Below, piece after piece: positions 1-11,286 of a stretch of 64,000 nt of DNA. The translations under genes and the position numbers were made by a program. Positions within the stretch are counted from its first letter, which is position 1. Each line of letters begins with the position of its first letter. The notes beneath the pieces were generated by a model that saw only the letters and a list, made by a program, of their open reading frames with translations, made no database searches and had not been told where the DNA came from. The DNA lies in assembly GCA_963777955.1 (NCBI GenBank), contig CAVZSQ010000013.1, positions 32,001-96,000 on the forward strand, read 5' to 3'. The stretch is from Calditrichia bacterium (GTDB lineage: Bacteria; Calditrichota; Calditrichia; JAJRVZ01).

Positions 1-1716
1 CGGTTTTCAACTTAACCAGAACTGGGGATTGTGGGGAAAATTAATCGCCGAAAACAACTACTGTCCGGGCAAAGTATGCAAATTTTATGCAGACTGCTTT
101 TTAATGAAAGCCCGTAACCATGCCCGTCATGCCGATCTGGTAGTGGTCAATCATTCCCTGTTGTTTTCCGACCTGATCACCGATAACACTATCCTGGGTG
201 AATATCATAATCTCATTGTCGATGAAGCACATCATCTGGAGAAAACCGCCGGTGAATACCTGGGGGTACGCTTTAACTGGTGGACTTTCCGTAATATTTA
301 TCACAAATTATATGAAGAGGAACCCCGTCAGGCCGGAACCCTGGTACAACTGGAATACCGCCTGAATCAGGCTAAATTGAACGGACCGGCCGATCGGCTA
401 AACCGGCAAATCTCCCGGTTGAAGACATCTTGCAGCAGTATGAAAGCATCAACACAATTTTTTTTCTCGGAACTGCAGCAGAAACTGCGCGAGAAATTCA
501 AAAAAGACCAGAATGGTTACGAGGAGAGCAAGATCCGTTATTATCATCAATTCCGGTACTTTAAAGAACTCTCAAGCCGTATCGATGATTTGAAATCAGA
601 TTTAATCAATTGCCGCAAGGGTTTGCAGGAGCTGATCACTACCTTTACTGATCTAGCCCTGGACTCATTCCAGTTTCAGGATCAGATCCATCGTGAACTC
701 GTTTCACTGGAAACCGACCTGGAAAACCTGATGACTTCATTTGATTTTGCCCTCGTTGCCGATCAGGAGAACTATGTTTACTGGTTTGAACTGCCGATTA
801 ATAAAGAGAGCAACGATGTCAGTTTTAACGCTGTACCGTTGAACATAGCCGATCTGCTGAATAAAATATTATACGGCCGGTTACAGACAGCCGTTTTTAC
901 TTCGGCAACCCTGGCCGTCAGCGAATCCTTTGAATACTATCAAAACAGGGTCGGATTGGATCTGGTCCGGGAGGCGCGCAAGGGAAGGCGCGCAGTGAGG
1001 CGCGGATTCAGACCCTGCTGCTCGGTTCTCCTTTCAATTATAAAGATCAACTATTACTGGGCATACCTGATTTTCTGGATGATCCGCGCCAGACTAATTT
1101 CACCGATCAACTGGCCGGTATTATCAAGGACATACATCAGCGCCATCCCACCGGTATGCTGGCCTTGTTTACGAATTATTCGATGCTAAATTATATCTAC
1201 AATCAGTTAAAAGTATATTTTGAAGGTGAAAATATTCTGTTGCTGGCCCAGGGTAAGAGCGGCAACCGCACCAGTATCATTAATCAATTCCGCGAATATA
1301 AAGATTCGGTGTTATTCGGCACTGATAGTTTCTGGGAAGGTATCGATGTTCCCGGGGAGGCTCTGGAAATTTTATTGATCACCAAACTTCCCTTCGATGT
1401 GCCCAGTGAACCACTGATCGCCGCAAAGATGGAGCAGATCAAGAAAAGGGGGGGTAATCCCTTCCTGGAATATGCGGTTCCGGAGGCGATCATTAAATTC
1501 CGGCAGGGATTCGGGCGATTGATCCGTCATAAGAATGATTTTGGTGCGGTGATCGTCTGCGATAACCGGTTGAACCGCATGAACTACGGAAAGGACTTTC
1601 TGAGTTCGCTGCCGGTTAATGCCGAAATATTTCGTGACAAGACTGAAATGTTCAGCAGTCTGAATGAATGGTTTAATCAAAAAAAGAATATTAAAGCAAG
1701 ATCACAAAATGAATAA
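1..1716 (+). CDS. dinG: DinG/XPD-family ATP-dependent helicase, 5'-truncated by the window and split by a 26-bp stutter near 971-997
   Basis: Motifs VVVNHSLL, IVDEAHHL (DEAH), FTSATL in ORF 29..1189 and LFTNY, GTDSFWEGIDVPG, KLPF, FRQGFGRLIR in ORF 1156..1716. Removing bases 971-996 restores the frame through EARIQTLLLGSPFNY. Confidence 0.9.
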
Positions 1717-3268
1717 AAAAAATCTGATCATCGGTTCCGGGCCATTAAACCTGGAGCAGATTGAGAATTTTCTGCTGCACACCCCGCCATTAACCTTAAA
1801 CGGACAGGCAAAACGGCGCATTAACGCTTCGTCGAAACTTGTACAGCAGCTGGCCCTGGGTTTAAAACCAGTGTACGGGATCAATACCGGTTTTGGTAAT
1901 TTCGCCGAAGTAAAAATTAAAGCAGAGACCGTCAATGAGTTGCAGCGCCGGTTGATCCTCAGCCATGCTGCCGGGATTGGTGAACCTGTTCCATGGCAGG
2001 TCGTAGGCCTGATGCTCTTGCTCAAAATACAGTCTCTGGCTCTGGGCTATTCCGGCTGCCGGTTGCAAGTCGTTCAACAACTGGTAGATCTGCTCAATAA
2101 TAGTATTCTGCCGGTGATTCCGCAGAAAGGCTCGGTGGGCGCCAGCGGGGATCTTGCTCCCCTGGCTCATCTGGCCATGGTAATGATGGGCGAAGGCGAA
2201 GCATTCGTCCGGAACAGGAAAGAGCATGGTCAGTGGTTGAGGGTTCCAGCCAGAAAGGCCCTGCAAAGTCATGACCTGCAACCCCTCAGCTTCGAAGCCA
2301 AAGAAGGACTGGCAATTTTAAATGGAACACAAGCAATGACTGCCTACGCCCTGCAGGCCCTGCTGCTGGTCACAAATCTGATCAAAGCAGCGGATATCAT
2401 CGGTGCCATGTCCCTGGAAGCATTGCTGGGCACCTTAACTCCCTTTGATGCCCGTATTCAGGATATTCGTAATCATCCCGGCCAGAAAGTGGTAGCTGCA
2501 AATTTCAGAAAAATTCTTAAGGATAGCCCGATAGTGGAATCCCACAAGTACAGCAGCCATAAGGTTCAGGATGCCTATAGTTTACGGTGTATACCTCAGG
2601 TGCATGGCGCGGTGCGGGATGCCCTGACCTTTATCGGCCAGGTAATACTGCGTGAAGTCAACGGTGTAAGCGATAATCCGGTGATTTTCGCCGGAACAGG
2701 CCAGATTTTATCCGGCGGTAATTTTCATGGTGCACCGGTAGCCTATGCTGCGGATTTTCTGTCGATTGTCTGTACGGATCTGGCTAGTATTTCCGAACGG
2801 CGAATCGAACATATGGTTGATCCTTCCGTCAGTCAGTTGCCCGCTTTTCTGGTAAAAGAAGGGGGCCTCAATTCCGGTTTCATGATGGCCCATGTCACGG
2901 CAGCGGCACTGGTAGCCGAATCCAAAATCCTGGCTCATCCTGCCAGCACTGATTCGATTCCCACTTCCGCCAACAAAGAAGACCACGTCAGCATGGGCCT
3001 GCATGCCGCCCGCAAAGCTTACGAGATTGTCCTTAACCTGGAAAATGTACTGGCGATTGAATTGCTCTGCGCCTGCCAGGCTCTGGAATTCAGAAAACCG
3101 CTAAAACCGGCGGCAGCATCCCGGCAGGTCCTGAAATATGTACGCAGGGTGATCCCCTGCTGGTCGGAAGACCGTTATATGCACCAGGATATCGTCCTCA
3201 GCCGCGAAATTATTCATTCCGGCAATCTGGTTAAGACCGTGGAAAAGATCAGCGGAACTTTACACTAA
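1709..3268 (+). CDS. hutH: Histidine ammonia-lyase
   Basis: YGINTGFG, MIO-forming GSVGASGDLAPLAH, VQDAYSLRC, SGGNFHG, EDHVSMG. ATG at 1709 overlaps the end of dinG. Confidence 0.93.
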   Translation: MNKKNLIIGSGPLNLEQIENFLLHTPPLTLNGQAKRRINASSKLVQQLALGLKPVYGINTGFGNFAEVKIKAETVNELQRRLILSHAAGIGEPVPWQVVGLMLLLKIQSLALGYSGCRLQVVQQLVDLLNNSILPVIPQKGSVGASGDLAPLAHLAMVMMGEGEAFVRNRKEHGQWLRVPARKALQSHDLQPLSFEAKEGLAILNGTQAMTAYALQALLLVTNLIKAADIIGAMSLEALLGTLTPFDARIQDIRNHPGQKVVAANFRKILKDSPIVESHKYSSHKVQDAYSLRCIPQVHGAVRDALTFIGQVILREVNGVSDNPVIFAGTGQILSGGNFHGAPVAYAADFLSIVCTDLASISERRIEHMVDPSVSQLPAFLVKEGGLNSGFMMAHVTAAALVAESKILAHPASTDSIPTSANKEDHVSMGLHAARKAYEIVLNLENVLAIELLCACQALEFRKPLKPAAASRQVLKYVRRVIPCWSEDRYMHQDIVLSREIIHSGNLVKTVEKISGTLH

Positions 3269-3385
3269 TAAATCCTGATAAAATAATTTATATACTTCAC
3301 ATAAATTTCTTATATTTATCCGAATAATAATCACTGCAATTAAACATTGCAGCAACTATTTTAACTTTATATGAAGCGAGAATAT

Positions 3386-4846
3386 ATGAAAAATAGAATC
3401 GTGGGCGAAGCTCTTACCTTTGATGATGTGCTGCTATTACCTGCCAAGACAGAAGTATTACCCACCGATGTCGACGTTCGCAGCAGGCTGACCAGACATA
3501 TTAAAGTGAATATACCGATTGTAAGCGCAGCGATGGATACCGTGACCGAGGCCGACCTGGCTATCGCTCTGGCCAGGGAGGGGGGTATCGGGATCATACA
3601 TAAGAATATGACTCTGGAGCAACAGGTTCACCAGGTCGACCGGGTCAAACGTTCGGAAAGCGGAATGATACTCAAACCCGAAACACTGGGTCCAAAGAAT
3701 AAATTGCACGAAGCACTGGACAAAATGGACCGTTACCGGATTTCCGGGATCCCGATCGTGGTTGGTGAAAAACTGGTTGGTATTCTGACCAATCGTGATA
3801 TCCGCTTTACCACTGATCTCGACCAACCGATTGAAAATCTGATGACCAAGGACCATCTGGTTACCACCCCTGTCGGCACTTCGCTGGAAGTTGCCGAGCA
3901 CCTGTTACAAAAGCACCGTATAGAAAAATTACTGGTGGTTGACGAGGCCGGACGTCTGAAAGGATTAATAACCGTTAAAGATATCCAGAAAAAACGAATG
4001 TATCCCATGGCCTGCAAGGACCAACACGGCCGGCTACGGGTAGGTGCTGCCATCGGCATTGGACAAAATGCCATAAAACGTGCTGCGGCCCTGATCGAAG
4101 CAGGGGTTGATGTCCTCACCATCGATACAGCTCATGGTCATTCCAAGAATGTTTTAAATACTTTGACTGAAGTGAAAAAACAATTCCCGGACATCGATAT
4201 CATCGCCGGCAATATCGCCACGGCAGCAGCAGCCAGAGATTTAATCGCGCGCGGGGCCGATGCCTTGAAGGTCGGAATTGGTCCGGGCTCAATCTGCACT
4301 ACCCGGGTGGTAACCGGGGTGGGTGTGCCACAGATCTATGCTATTTCAGAAGTCGCTGCCGAAGCGGCAAAAAAGAAAATTCCGGTGATTGCCGATGGGG
4401 GTATTAAATATTCCGGTGATATACCAAAAGCCATCGCAGCGGGCGCGGATAGCGTGATGATCGGTGGTTTATTCGCCGGTACTGACGAGAGTCCCGGCGA
4501 AGCGATTTTACTGGATGGCCGCAGTTATAAGTCCGTGCGTGGAATGGGTTCAATCGCCGCCATGCGCGGTGGCAGCAGTGATCGTTATTTCCAGGAGGGT
4601 TTGTCGGTTGATAAACTGGTCCCGGAAGGCATCGAAGGACGTGTACCCTATCGCGGACCGCTGCGCAACACTGTCTTTCAACTGGTTGGTGGATTGCGAT
4701 CGGCCATGGGTTACACCGGTTGCGTGACCATCGCCGAGTTGAAGAAAAAACCAAAATTCATCAAGATAACCAGTGCCGGGCTTAACGAAAGTCATCCGCA
4801 TGATGTGATCATTACCAAAGAGTCACCGAACTACCAGACCCGCTGA
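3386..4846 (+). CDS. guaB: IMP dehydrogenase with CBS pair
   Basis: [18 protein letters not shown], catalytic [25 protein letters not shown]. Alternative start at 3371. Confidence 0.97.
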   Translation: MKNRIVGEALTFDDVLLLPAKTEVLPTDVDVRSRLTRHIKVNIPIVSAAMDTVTEADLAIALAREGGIGIIHKNMTLEQQVHQVDRVKRSESGMILKPETLGPKNKLHEALDKMDRYRISGIPIVVGEKLVGILTNRDIRFTTDLDQPIENLMTKDHLVTTPVGTSLEVAEHLLQKHRIEKLLVVDEAGRLKGLITVKDIQKKRMYPMACKDQHGRLRVGAAIGIGQNAIKRAAALIEAGVDVLTIDTAHGHSKNVLNTLTEVKKQFPDIDIIAGNIATAAAARDLIARGADALKVGIGPGSICTTRVVTGVGVPQIYAISEVAAEAAKKKIPVIADGGIKYSGDIPKAIAAGADSVMIGGLFAGTDESPGEAILLDGRSYKSVRGMGSIAAMRGGSSDRYFQEGLSVDKLVPEGIEGRVPYRGPLRNTVFQLVGGLRSAMGYTGCVTIAELKKKPKFIKITSAGLNESHPHDVIITKESPNYQTR

Positions 4847-4911
4847 TTCCCAAAACGGATTCAAATATTTCCTTGTCCCAGCCCCTGCAGAGTTATAACT
4901 TCCAGCAGTCT

Positions 4912-6735
4912 ATGAATATCGAAGAAAAATTATCCAATTTGCCGGACAAACCGGGAGTTTACCTGTTTAAAAGTAAAGATGGCAAGGTGCTGTACATCGG
5001 CAAAGCAACGATACTGCGTAACCGCGTCCGTTCCTATTTTCAGAAATCACGGCCGCTTGATCCCCGCTTGCAGGTACTCGTTACCCGGGTCGGAGACCTG
5101 GAATGGATTGTCACCGATTCAGATGTGGAAGCTTTGATCCTGGAAGCCAATCTGATTAAAAAACATAAACCGCGTTATAATATTAATCTGAAGGACGATA
5201 AAAGTTACCCTTATATCCGTATTACGGCGGAAGATTTTCCGCAGGTATTCCCTACCCGCCGCATCATCCGTGACGGTTCTGCCTATTTCGGACCCTATAC
5301 TAATGTGCGCGATATGCGTGAAGCCTTGACCACCCTGAAACGTTTGTTTGCAATTCGTACCTGTAAATATGACCTTAGTGCCGAAGTGATCGCCAAAAAG
5401 AAGGTACAACTCTGCCTGCAATACTATATTAAGAGATGCCTGGGGCCCTGCCAGGGCCTGCAGGAAAAAGAAGATTATACCCGCATGATCGAAAAGGTCA
5501 GGCAGTTCCTGAAGGGCAAGACCAATCAGATTCTTTCTGAACTCCGGCAGGAGATGTCCGGCCTGGCTGAGCAGCAGAAATATGAAGAAGCAGCCCACCT
5601 TCGTGATAAAATTGAACTCCTGGAAAAGTACCGGAATGCCCAGAAAGTGGTATTGAGCGATCCCTGGGATCGTGATGTATTTGCCGTCATCCGGGAGGAC
5701 GACGATGCCTGTGCGGTCATTTTCAAGATCCGTGAAGGAAAAATTATCAGCCGGGCTCATTATTACCTGAACGGTGTTTTGCATAAAGAGTATGCTGAAG
5801 TCCTGGAACACTTTATCAACCAGTATTACAGTAATACCCAGGAGATCCCGCAGGAGATATTTGTGCCGAAGGATTTATCTGAACCTGAAGTTATTGCTGC
5901 CTGGCTAAGCAATCGCAGTAATCAGCCTGTGAAAATAATTGTACCCAGGTCGGGCGAAAAGAAAAAACTGATTGAAATGTGCGAAAAGAATGCCCATTAT
6001 TTGCTGGAAGAATTAAAACTGCAAAAATTGAAGGTTAAAGAGTCGGTACCGTATGTACTACAGGCGCTGCAACGGGATTTAAGTCTGACCAAATCCCCCC
6101 GGCGCATCGAATGCTTTGACATTTCCAATATCCAGGGCAGCGATCCTGTCGCCTCGATGGTCTGTTTTATTGATGGCAAGCCGCACAAAAGTGAATATCG
6201 AAAGTATAAAATTAATATACAGGAAACACCGGATGATTTTGCCATGATGCGCGAAGTGATTAAACGCCGTTACAGCAGGGTTTTGCAGGAAAAAAAGGAA
6301 TTACCGGATCTGATCATGGTTGATGGCGGCAAGGGACAGTTATCCAGCGCCCTGTCGGTATTGAATGAACTCAAATTACGGGAACAGCCGGTGATCGGTC
6401 TGGCCAAGAAACTGGAAGAGATATTCAGGCCGGGATGCAGCGAGGCCCAGATGCTGCCCAAAACATCGGCCAGTTTAAAATTATTGCAAAAGATCCGCGA
6501 TGAAGCACACCGTTTTGCCGTCACCTTTCACCGGCAGAGACGTAGTAGACGCACTCTGACCTCGGAGTTGGATCAGATCCCGGGAATCGGCCCAAAACGC
6601 CGCAATCAATTGCTGAAAATTTTTGGATCGGTGGTAGATTTAAAAGCAGCACCGCTGGAACTGATCAGGGTAAAAGGAAAAATATCAGCAGTACTGGCCA
6701 GAAAAATTCATAAATTTTTGCACCCTGAACGCTAG
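4912..6735 (+). CDS. uvrC: Excinuclease ABC subunit C
   Basis: GIY-YIG N-terminus (PGVYLFK..YIGKA..LRNRVRSYF), UVR motif, RIECFDISN, DGGKGQL, RDEAHRFA, HhH IPGIGPKR. Confidence 0.97.
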   Translation: MNIEEKLSNLPDKPGVYLFKSKDGKVLYIGKATILRNRVRSYFQKSRPLDPRLQVLVTRVGDLEWIVTDSDVEALILEANLIKKHKPRYNINLKDDKSYPYIRITAEDFPQVFPTRRIIRDGSAYFGPYTNVRDMREALTTLKRLFAIRTCKYDLSAEVIAKKKVQLCLQYYIKRCLGPCQGLQEKEDYTRMIEKVRQFLKGKTNQILSELRQEMSGLAEQQKYEEAAHLRDKIELLEKYRNAQKVVLSDPWDRDVFAVIREDDDACAVIFKIREGKIISRAHYYLNGVLHKEYAEVLEHFINQYYSNTQEIPQEIFVPKDLSEPEVIAAWLSNRSNQPVKIIVPRSGEKKKLIEMCEKNAHYLLEELKLQKLKVKESVPYVLQALQRDLSLTKSPRRIECFDISNIQGSDPVASMVCFIDGKPHKSEYRKYKINIQETPDDFAMMREVIKRRYSRVLQEKKELPDLIMVDGGKGQLSSALSVLNELKLREQPVIGLAKKLEEIFRPGCSEAQMLPKTSASLKLLQKIRDEAHRFAVTFHRQRRSRRTLTSELDQIPGIGPKRRNQLLKIFGSVVDLKAAPLELIRVKGKISAVLARKIHKFLHPER

Positions 6736-6784
6736 AGGCTTTTAACCTTACCGTTATCCCGCAGGAAAACAGTACAAAATTCGA

Positions 6785-6863
6785 TTGACTTTTCAATGAT
6801 TTAGTTTTATGTTTTGATGAAATTAAAAATGCATACCATGTTCAACATGTAATTTTTCTTGCA
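6785..6863 (+). promoter_or_regulatory. Sigma70-like promoter plus two putative RpiR-family operator sites
   Basis: TTGACT (6785-6790)-17 bp-TATGTT (6808-6813), followed by two similar 16-bp pseudo-palindromes, TGAAATTAAAAATGCA (6818-6833) and TGTAATTTTTCTTGCA (6848-6863), just upstream of the regulator. Confidence 0.55.
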
Positions 6864-6869
6864 TTGGCT

Positions 6870-7733
6870 ATGCCCATCCAAAAAGAAATTGAAAAACGGA
6901 TCTATCAGAATTTACCCCGGCTGGCTCACAATCAGAAAAAGATCGCTGATTTCTTCCTGGAACACATCGATTGGGTAGCGCTGCTGCCCATTAAGGATAT
7001 TGCCCACAGAGTCGGGGTCAGTGAAGCTTCGATCGTCCGCTTCAGCCAGATCCTCGGTTATAAGGGTTACAAAGAACTAAAACAGGCATTATCAATTGCT
7101 TTAAAAAACCAGTTATCCCCCACCCAGCGCTATCATTATGCCATCAGCGAAAAGGAAAAAATCCACAATACCCTCAAACTGGCCAGCGATAATGTCATTA
7201 ACAATATCCACGATACGATCAAATCCCTGGACAAGGAAGTTTTTTCCCAGATCGTGGACAGGATCAGCGCTGCCCACCGCATCTATTGCTTTGGACTCGA
7301 AATATCGGCCCATCTTTCCCAACTGATGACCTTCTTATTACGACTTTACAGTTACGATGCACAATATTTATCCATGGATTTTTTCCGTTACCAGGAACAG
7401 ATTGGCTATTTAAATAAAAAAGACCTGGTGATCGCTTTCAGTTTTTCCCCTTATTCGCGGGAAACCATCGAAGCCCTGGCCCTGGCTAAAAAACGTGGTA
7501 TAAAAAGCATCGCATTTACGGATAAGAAAACAGCGCCGATACGTCAATTTGCCAGTTACTGCATCCAGATCAAAACCGATAATATCATGTTCAGTAATTC
7601 ACTGGGTGCCGTGGTTACCGTGATTAATGCCATCATCAACGAACTCAATTTTAAAGACCAGAAACGAACCCTGCATGCCCTGGAGGTGATTGAGGAAAGC
7701 ATCAAGGATGATCGCTATTTCATAAATGCGTGA
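6870..7733 (+). CDS. RpiR/MurR-family transcriptional regulator (HTH + SIS)
   Basis: HTH IAHRVGVSEASIVRFSQILGYKGYKELK. C-terminal SIS domain with DLVIAFSFSPYSRET and IAFTD. Confidence 0.92.
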   Translation: MPIQKEIEKRIYQNLPRLAHNQKKIADFFLEHIDWVALLPIKDIAHRVGVSEASIVRFSQILGYKGYKELKQALSIALKNQLSPTQRYHYAISEKEKIHNTLKLASDNVINNIHDTIKSLDKEVFSQIVDRISAAHRIYCFGLEISAHLSQLMTFLLRLYSYDAQYLSMDFFRYQEQIGYLNKKDLVIAFSFSPYSRETIEALALAKKRGIKSIAFTDKKTAPIRQFASYCIQIKTDNIMFSNSLGAVVTVINAIINELNFKDQKRTLHALEVIEESIKDDRYFINA

Positions 7734-7791
7734 GAATAAATCAAACCGGATCGCATTCCGAATCACATCAATCAAGGAATTGCTATAAAGA

Positions 7792-8907
7792 ATGAATCAA
7801 CAAAGGTTACAAGATCTGTTCCTGCAGTTGGCTAAAATAGACGGGGTATCTTTACATGAACGGGCGGTGGCCGATTTCATTATACAAAAACTAAGTCTGT
7901 TAAATCTGGAAGTGGCCGAAGACAATGCTGCCAAACGGTTGAAGGGTAACTGCGGCAACCTGATCGTCCGTATCGACGCTGATCGCGATCAACGGGAACC
8001 GTTGCTGCTTCTGGCTCATCTGGATACGGTTAAATCAACCGGGAACCTTACACCACGGATCAGCGATGGTGTGCTGCACTCGGATGGCTCCACCATCCTG
8101 GGTGCCGATAACCGGGCGGGCCTGACCCTGATTATGGGTCTGCTGGAGGAAATTTCACTACAAAAGTACAAGCACCGAAATCTTGAAATTATATTTACGG
8201 TCGCCGAAGAATTGGGTATGCTCGGCGCACTGGCCCTGGATTTTTCGCAGCTGCGCTCCAGAGAAGGTTTCGTCTTTGACTGCACGGCAGTACCGGGCGG
8301 GTATGTGACTGCAACCCCCACGGCTATCGATTTTAAAATCAACTTTACCGGCCGGGCCGCACATTCTGCTGTGGCACCGGAAAAAGGGATCAATGCCCTG
8401 TCGATGGCCTTGCAGGTCTGTAATAAATTTCCGGTGGGCCGGGTCAATGAACATACCGTGGCTAATATCGGTACCATTCATGGCGGTTCAGCGGATAACG
8501 TTGTTCCGGAGCAGGTTTCGGTCACGGGTGAATTCCGTTCGTTTCGGGCAGAAGAAATTAATACAATTGAAAAAACTCTGAAAGCGGATTGCCAGGACGC
8601 TGAAACTAAGTGGGGCGGCCGTTGCGAACTGTCATTTGCCACAAGTTTTTGCGGTTTTCACTTCGAACCGGAAATGTCAATCGTCAAACATTTAAATAAC
8701 GTATATAAAAAAACAGGGGTCACGGTCAATCCAATGATCTATTATGGCGGAAGCGATGCCAATGTTTTCAATGCCAATGGTATTAAAATCATTAACCTGG
8801 GAATCGGAGCGAACAATCCTCATTCCAATCAGGAACATATTGCCCTGGCCGATATGCTGAAAGGATATGAAATTATGATGCATTTGATCGAAGCGGAGAA
8901 ATTATGA
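7792..8907 (+). CDS. M20 family metallopeptidase (peptidase T-like)
   Basis: LLAHLDTV, LGADNRAG, VAEELG, GRAAHS..PEKGINA, GGSDAN, PHSNQE metal-binding motifs. Confidence 0.9.
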   Translation: MNQQRLQDLFLQLAKIDGVSLHERAVADFIIQKLSLLNLEVAEDNAAKRLKGNCGNLIVRIDADRDQREPLLLLAHLDTVKSTGNLTPRISDGVLHSDGSTILGADNRAGLTLIMGLLEEISLQKYKHRNLEIIFTVAEELGMLGALALDFSQLRSREGFVFDCTAVPGGYVTATPTAIDFKINFTGRAAHSAVAPEKGINALSMALQVCNKFPVGRVNEHTVANIGTIHGGSADNVVPEQVSVTGEFRSFRAEEINTIEKTLKADCQDAETKWGGRCELSFATSFCGFHFEPEMSIVKHLNNVYKKTGVTVNPMIYYGGSDANVFNANGIKIINLGIGANNPHSNQEHIALADMLKGYEIMMHLIEAEKL

Positions 8908-9755
8908 AGCGACTTATCGCTATGTATATTCTGGCTTTTTGCCTGACCTGGAGTTGTACTCCACCGGCAGGGACGGCGGGTAAAGGATATCTATTGATCA
9001 TCGGCGGTGGTGATAAACCGGCGCCGGCTTTGCGGGAATTTGTAACCTTGAGTGCTGACAAACCTATCCTGGTAATTACTTCCGCCAGTGAAGTTCCCCA
9101 GGAGAGCGGGCCGGAAACAGTACAGATGCTGCGTGATGCAGGTGCACGAATGATCAACTGGACCCATATCGATAGCCCGGCCATGGCCAATACGGATAGC
9201 GTGGTAGCCATGATTGCAGCAGCGGGCGGAATATTTTTTAGCGGGGGTGTTCAGGAACGGCTGATGAATCGATTAAACAATTCGCGTTCGGCGGCTGAAA
9301 TTTTAAATCTTTATTTCAAAAAAGGGGGCATTATCGGCGGGACCAGCGCAGGTGCTGCCGTGATGAGCCGGGTCATGATCACCGGTAATGAACTGATTAA
9401 CCGGGATACAACCAATATCTTCGTCACCATCCAGAAGAATAATGTCGAGACCAAACAAGGTTTTGGATTCCTGGATAAAGTGATCATCGATCAGCATTTT
9501 GTGGCCCGCAAACGCCACAACCGCTTGATCAGCCAGATTCTGGAACATCCGGAATTACTGGGTATCGGTATCGACGAAGATACCGCCATCCTGGTATATC
9601 CCGACGGTAAATCCCGTGTCTACGGCACGGGTCCTGTACTCATCTATAATGCCCGTAAAGCCAAAGCAATTCGAACCAATGATCAAGGAATGCTGGCAGC
9701 CCGGAATATTAAAATCGACATCCTGCTGGCTGGTGAAGAGTTTATTATAGAATAA
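8904..9755 (+). CDS. cphB: Cyanophycinase (peptidase S51) with a lipoprotein signal peptide
   Basis: LLIIGGG, FFSGGVQ, nucleophile GGTSAGA, DQHFVARKRHNRL, GIDEDTA. N-terminus MKRLIAMYILAFCLTWSC ends in a lipobox-like Cys. Confidence 0.85.
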   Translation: MKRLIAMYILAFCLTWSCTPPAGTAGKGYLLIIGGGDKPAPALREFVTLSADKPILVITSASEVPQESGPETVQMLRDAGARMINWTHIDSPAMANTDSVVAMIAAAGGIFFSGGVQERLMNRLNNSRSAAEILNLYFKKGGIIGGTSAGAAVMSRVMITGNELINRDTTNIFVTIQKNNVETKQGFGFLDKVIIDQHFVARKRHNRLISQILEHPELLGIGIDEDTAILVYPDGKSRVYGTGPVLIYNARKAKAIRTNDQGMLAARNIKIDILLAGEEFIIE

Positions 9756-9792
9756 TGGTTTAAGGAATCCGGCAATCCAATAGTTAAAACTT

Positions 9793-11184
9793 ATGAAAAC
9801 TAAATTTTCCCTGAATACCCTGGTCATGATTTATGCAATCGTGGTCGTGGTCGCAGTATTAACCTGGCTTATTCCGGGCGGGGAATATCAGCGTGAAATG
9901 AAAGAAGGCCGCACCCTGGTCATCCCCGGCTCTTTTCAATACACCCAGAGTGAACCTCAGGGGCTGGGTGCTGTGCTGATGGCACCCATCAAAGGATTTA
10001 TCCAGGCTGCCCAGATCATAGCCTTTCTATTGATCATCGGCGGTGTCTTCAGCACCATGCAGAGAACCGGTGCGATCACCGCTGCCGTCAAAAAAATGGC
10101 AATTGTTTTCAGTAACCGGCAGCAGCTGCAAAAATATTTCATTCCGGTAACCATGTTCATCTTCTCTCTGGGGGGTACACTTTTCGGCATGTGCGAAGAA
10201 ACCATGCCGTTTATTCCGATATTCATACCGCTGGCGATTTCGCTTGGTTATGATTCGCTGGTCGGTACTGCCATACCATTTTTAGGGGCCGCGGCTGGAT
10301 TTGCCGGTGCAGTTTTCAATCCCTTTACCGTCGGTATTGCCCAGGGCATAGCCGAACTACCCCTTTATTCGGGCATGTCCTACCGCCTGCTGGTCTGGGT
10401 CCTCAGCACATTCTTCATGATTTATTTCGTAATGCGCTACGCAGCAAAAATCAAGGCGAATCCGACACTCAGTCCGGTTTATGAAATCGATCAGCAGCGT
10501 AAACATGATCTGCATTTAAATACGGCTAACCAGGAAGCATTCTCATTACGGCATAAATTGGTCTTAAGCGCCTTTGTGCTGGCAATTATTTTATTGATCT
10601 ATGGAGTTCTGAAATTCGAGTGGTATATTAATGAAATCGCCGCTTTATTCCTGGGTCTGGGAATTGTCAGCGGCCTGCTGGGGCGTTTATCCGTTACCGA
10701 GCTTACCGAAAGTTTTAAAAACGGCGCTAAAGACATGATCGGCGTGGCATTCATCATTGCCTGCGCCCGGGCTATCTTAGTAGTCGCCAGCGATGGCCAG
10801 ATTATGGATGTGATGTTATATAATCTGTCCAGCGTCATTTCACATTTTAATCCTATAATTTCTGCGCAGGCTATGTTTGTTACCCAGGGCATCATCAACT
10901 TTTTTGTGCATTCCGGTTCAGGGCAGGCGGCGCTGACCATGCCGGTGATGGCTCCCCTGGCTGATGTAATAGGCATCAGCCGCCAGACTGCCGTGCTGGC
11001 CTTTGTTTTTGGTGAAGGCTGGATCAATCCCATTCTGCCTACCTCGGGGGTCACTATGGGTGTACTGGGCCTGGCCGGGCTTTCCTGGGATAAATGGGCT
11101 AAATGGATGCTGCCCATACAAATTTTCTTTTTTATTCTGGCACTATTACTGTTGATACCGCCGGTAATTTTTAACTGGCAATAA
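9793..11184 (+). CDS. YfcC/DcuC-family membrane transporter (putative amino acid or dipeptide carrier)
   Basis: Polytopic membrane protein with LTWLIPGGEY, GMCEET, NPFTVGIAQGIAELPLYSG and SGSGQAALTMP family motifs. Confidence 0.88.
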   Translation: MKTKFSLNTLVMIYAIVVVVAVLTWLIPGGEYQREMKEGRTLVIPGSFQYTQSEPQGLGAVLMAPIKGFIQAAQIIAFLLIIGGVFSTMQRTGAITAAVKKMAIVFSNRQQLQKYFIPVTMFIFSLGGTLFGMCEETMPFIPIFIPLAISLGYDSLVGTAIPFLGAAAGFAGAVFNPFTVGIAQGIAELPLYSGMSYRLLVWVLSTFFMIYFVMRYAAKIKANPTLSPVYEIDQQRKHDLHLNTANQEAFSLRHKLVLSAFVLAIILLIYGVLKFEWYINEIAALFLGLGIVSGLLGRLSVTELTESFKNGAKDMIGVAFIIACARAILVVASDGQIMDVMLYNLSSVISHFNPIISAQAMFVTQGIINFFVHSGSGQAALTMPVMAPLADVIGISRQTAVLAFVFGEGWINPILPTSGVTMGVLGLAGLSWDKWAKWMLPIQIFFFILALLLLIPPVIFNWQ

Positions 11185-11286
11185 GGCGAGATCTTGAAAT
11201 TATTTAAACCGGAAAATTCCAGGCAATTAATTGTTTTATGATTGCATATAATATTAACCAAGTACTATGCTTAAAAGGAGGTAGTC

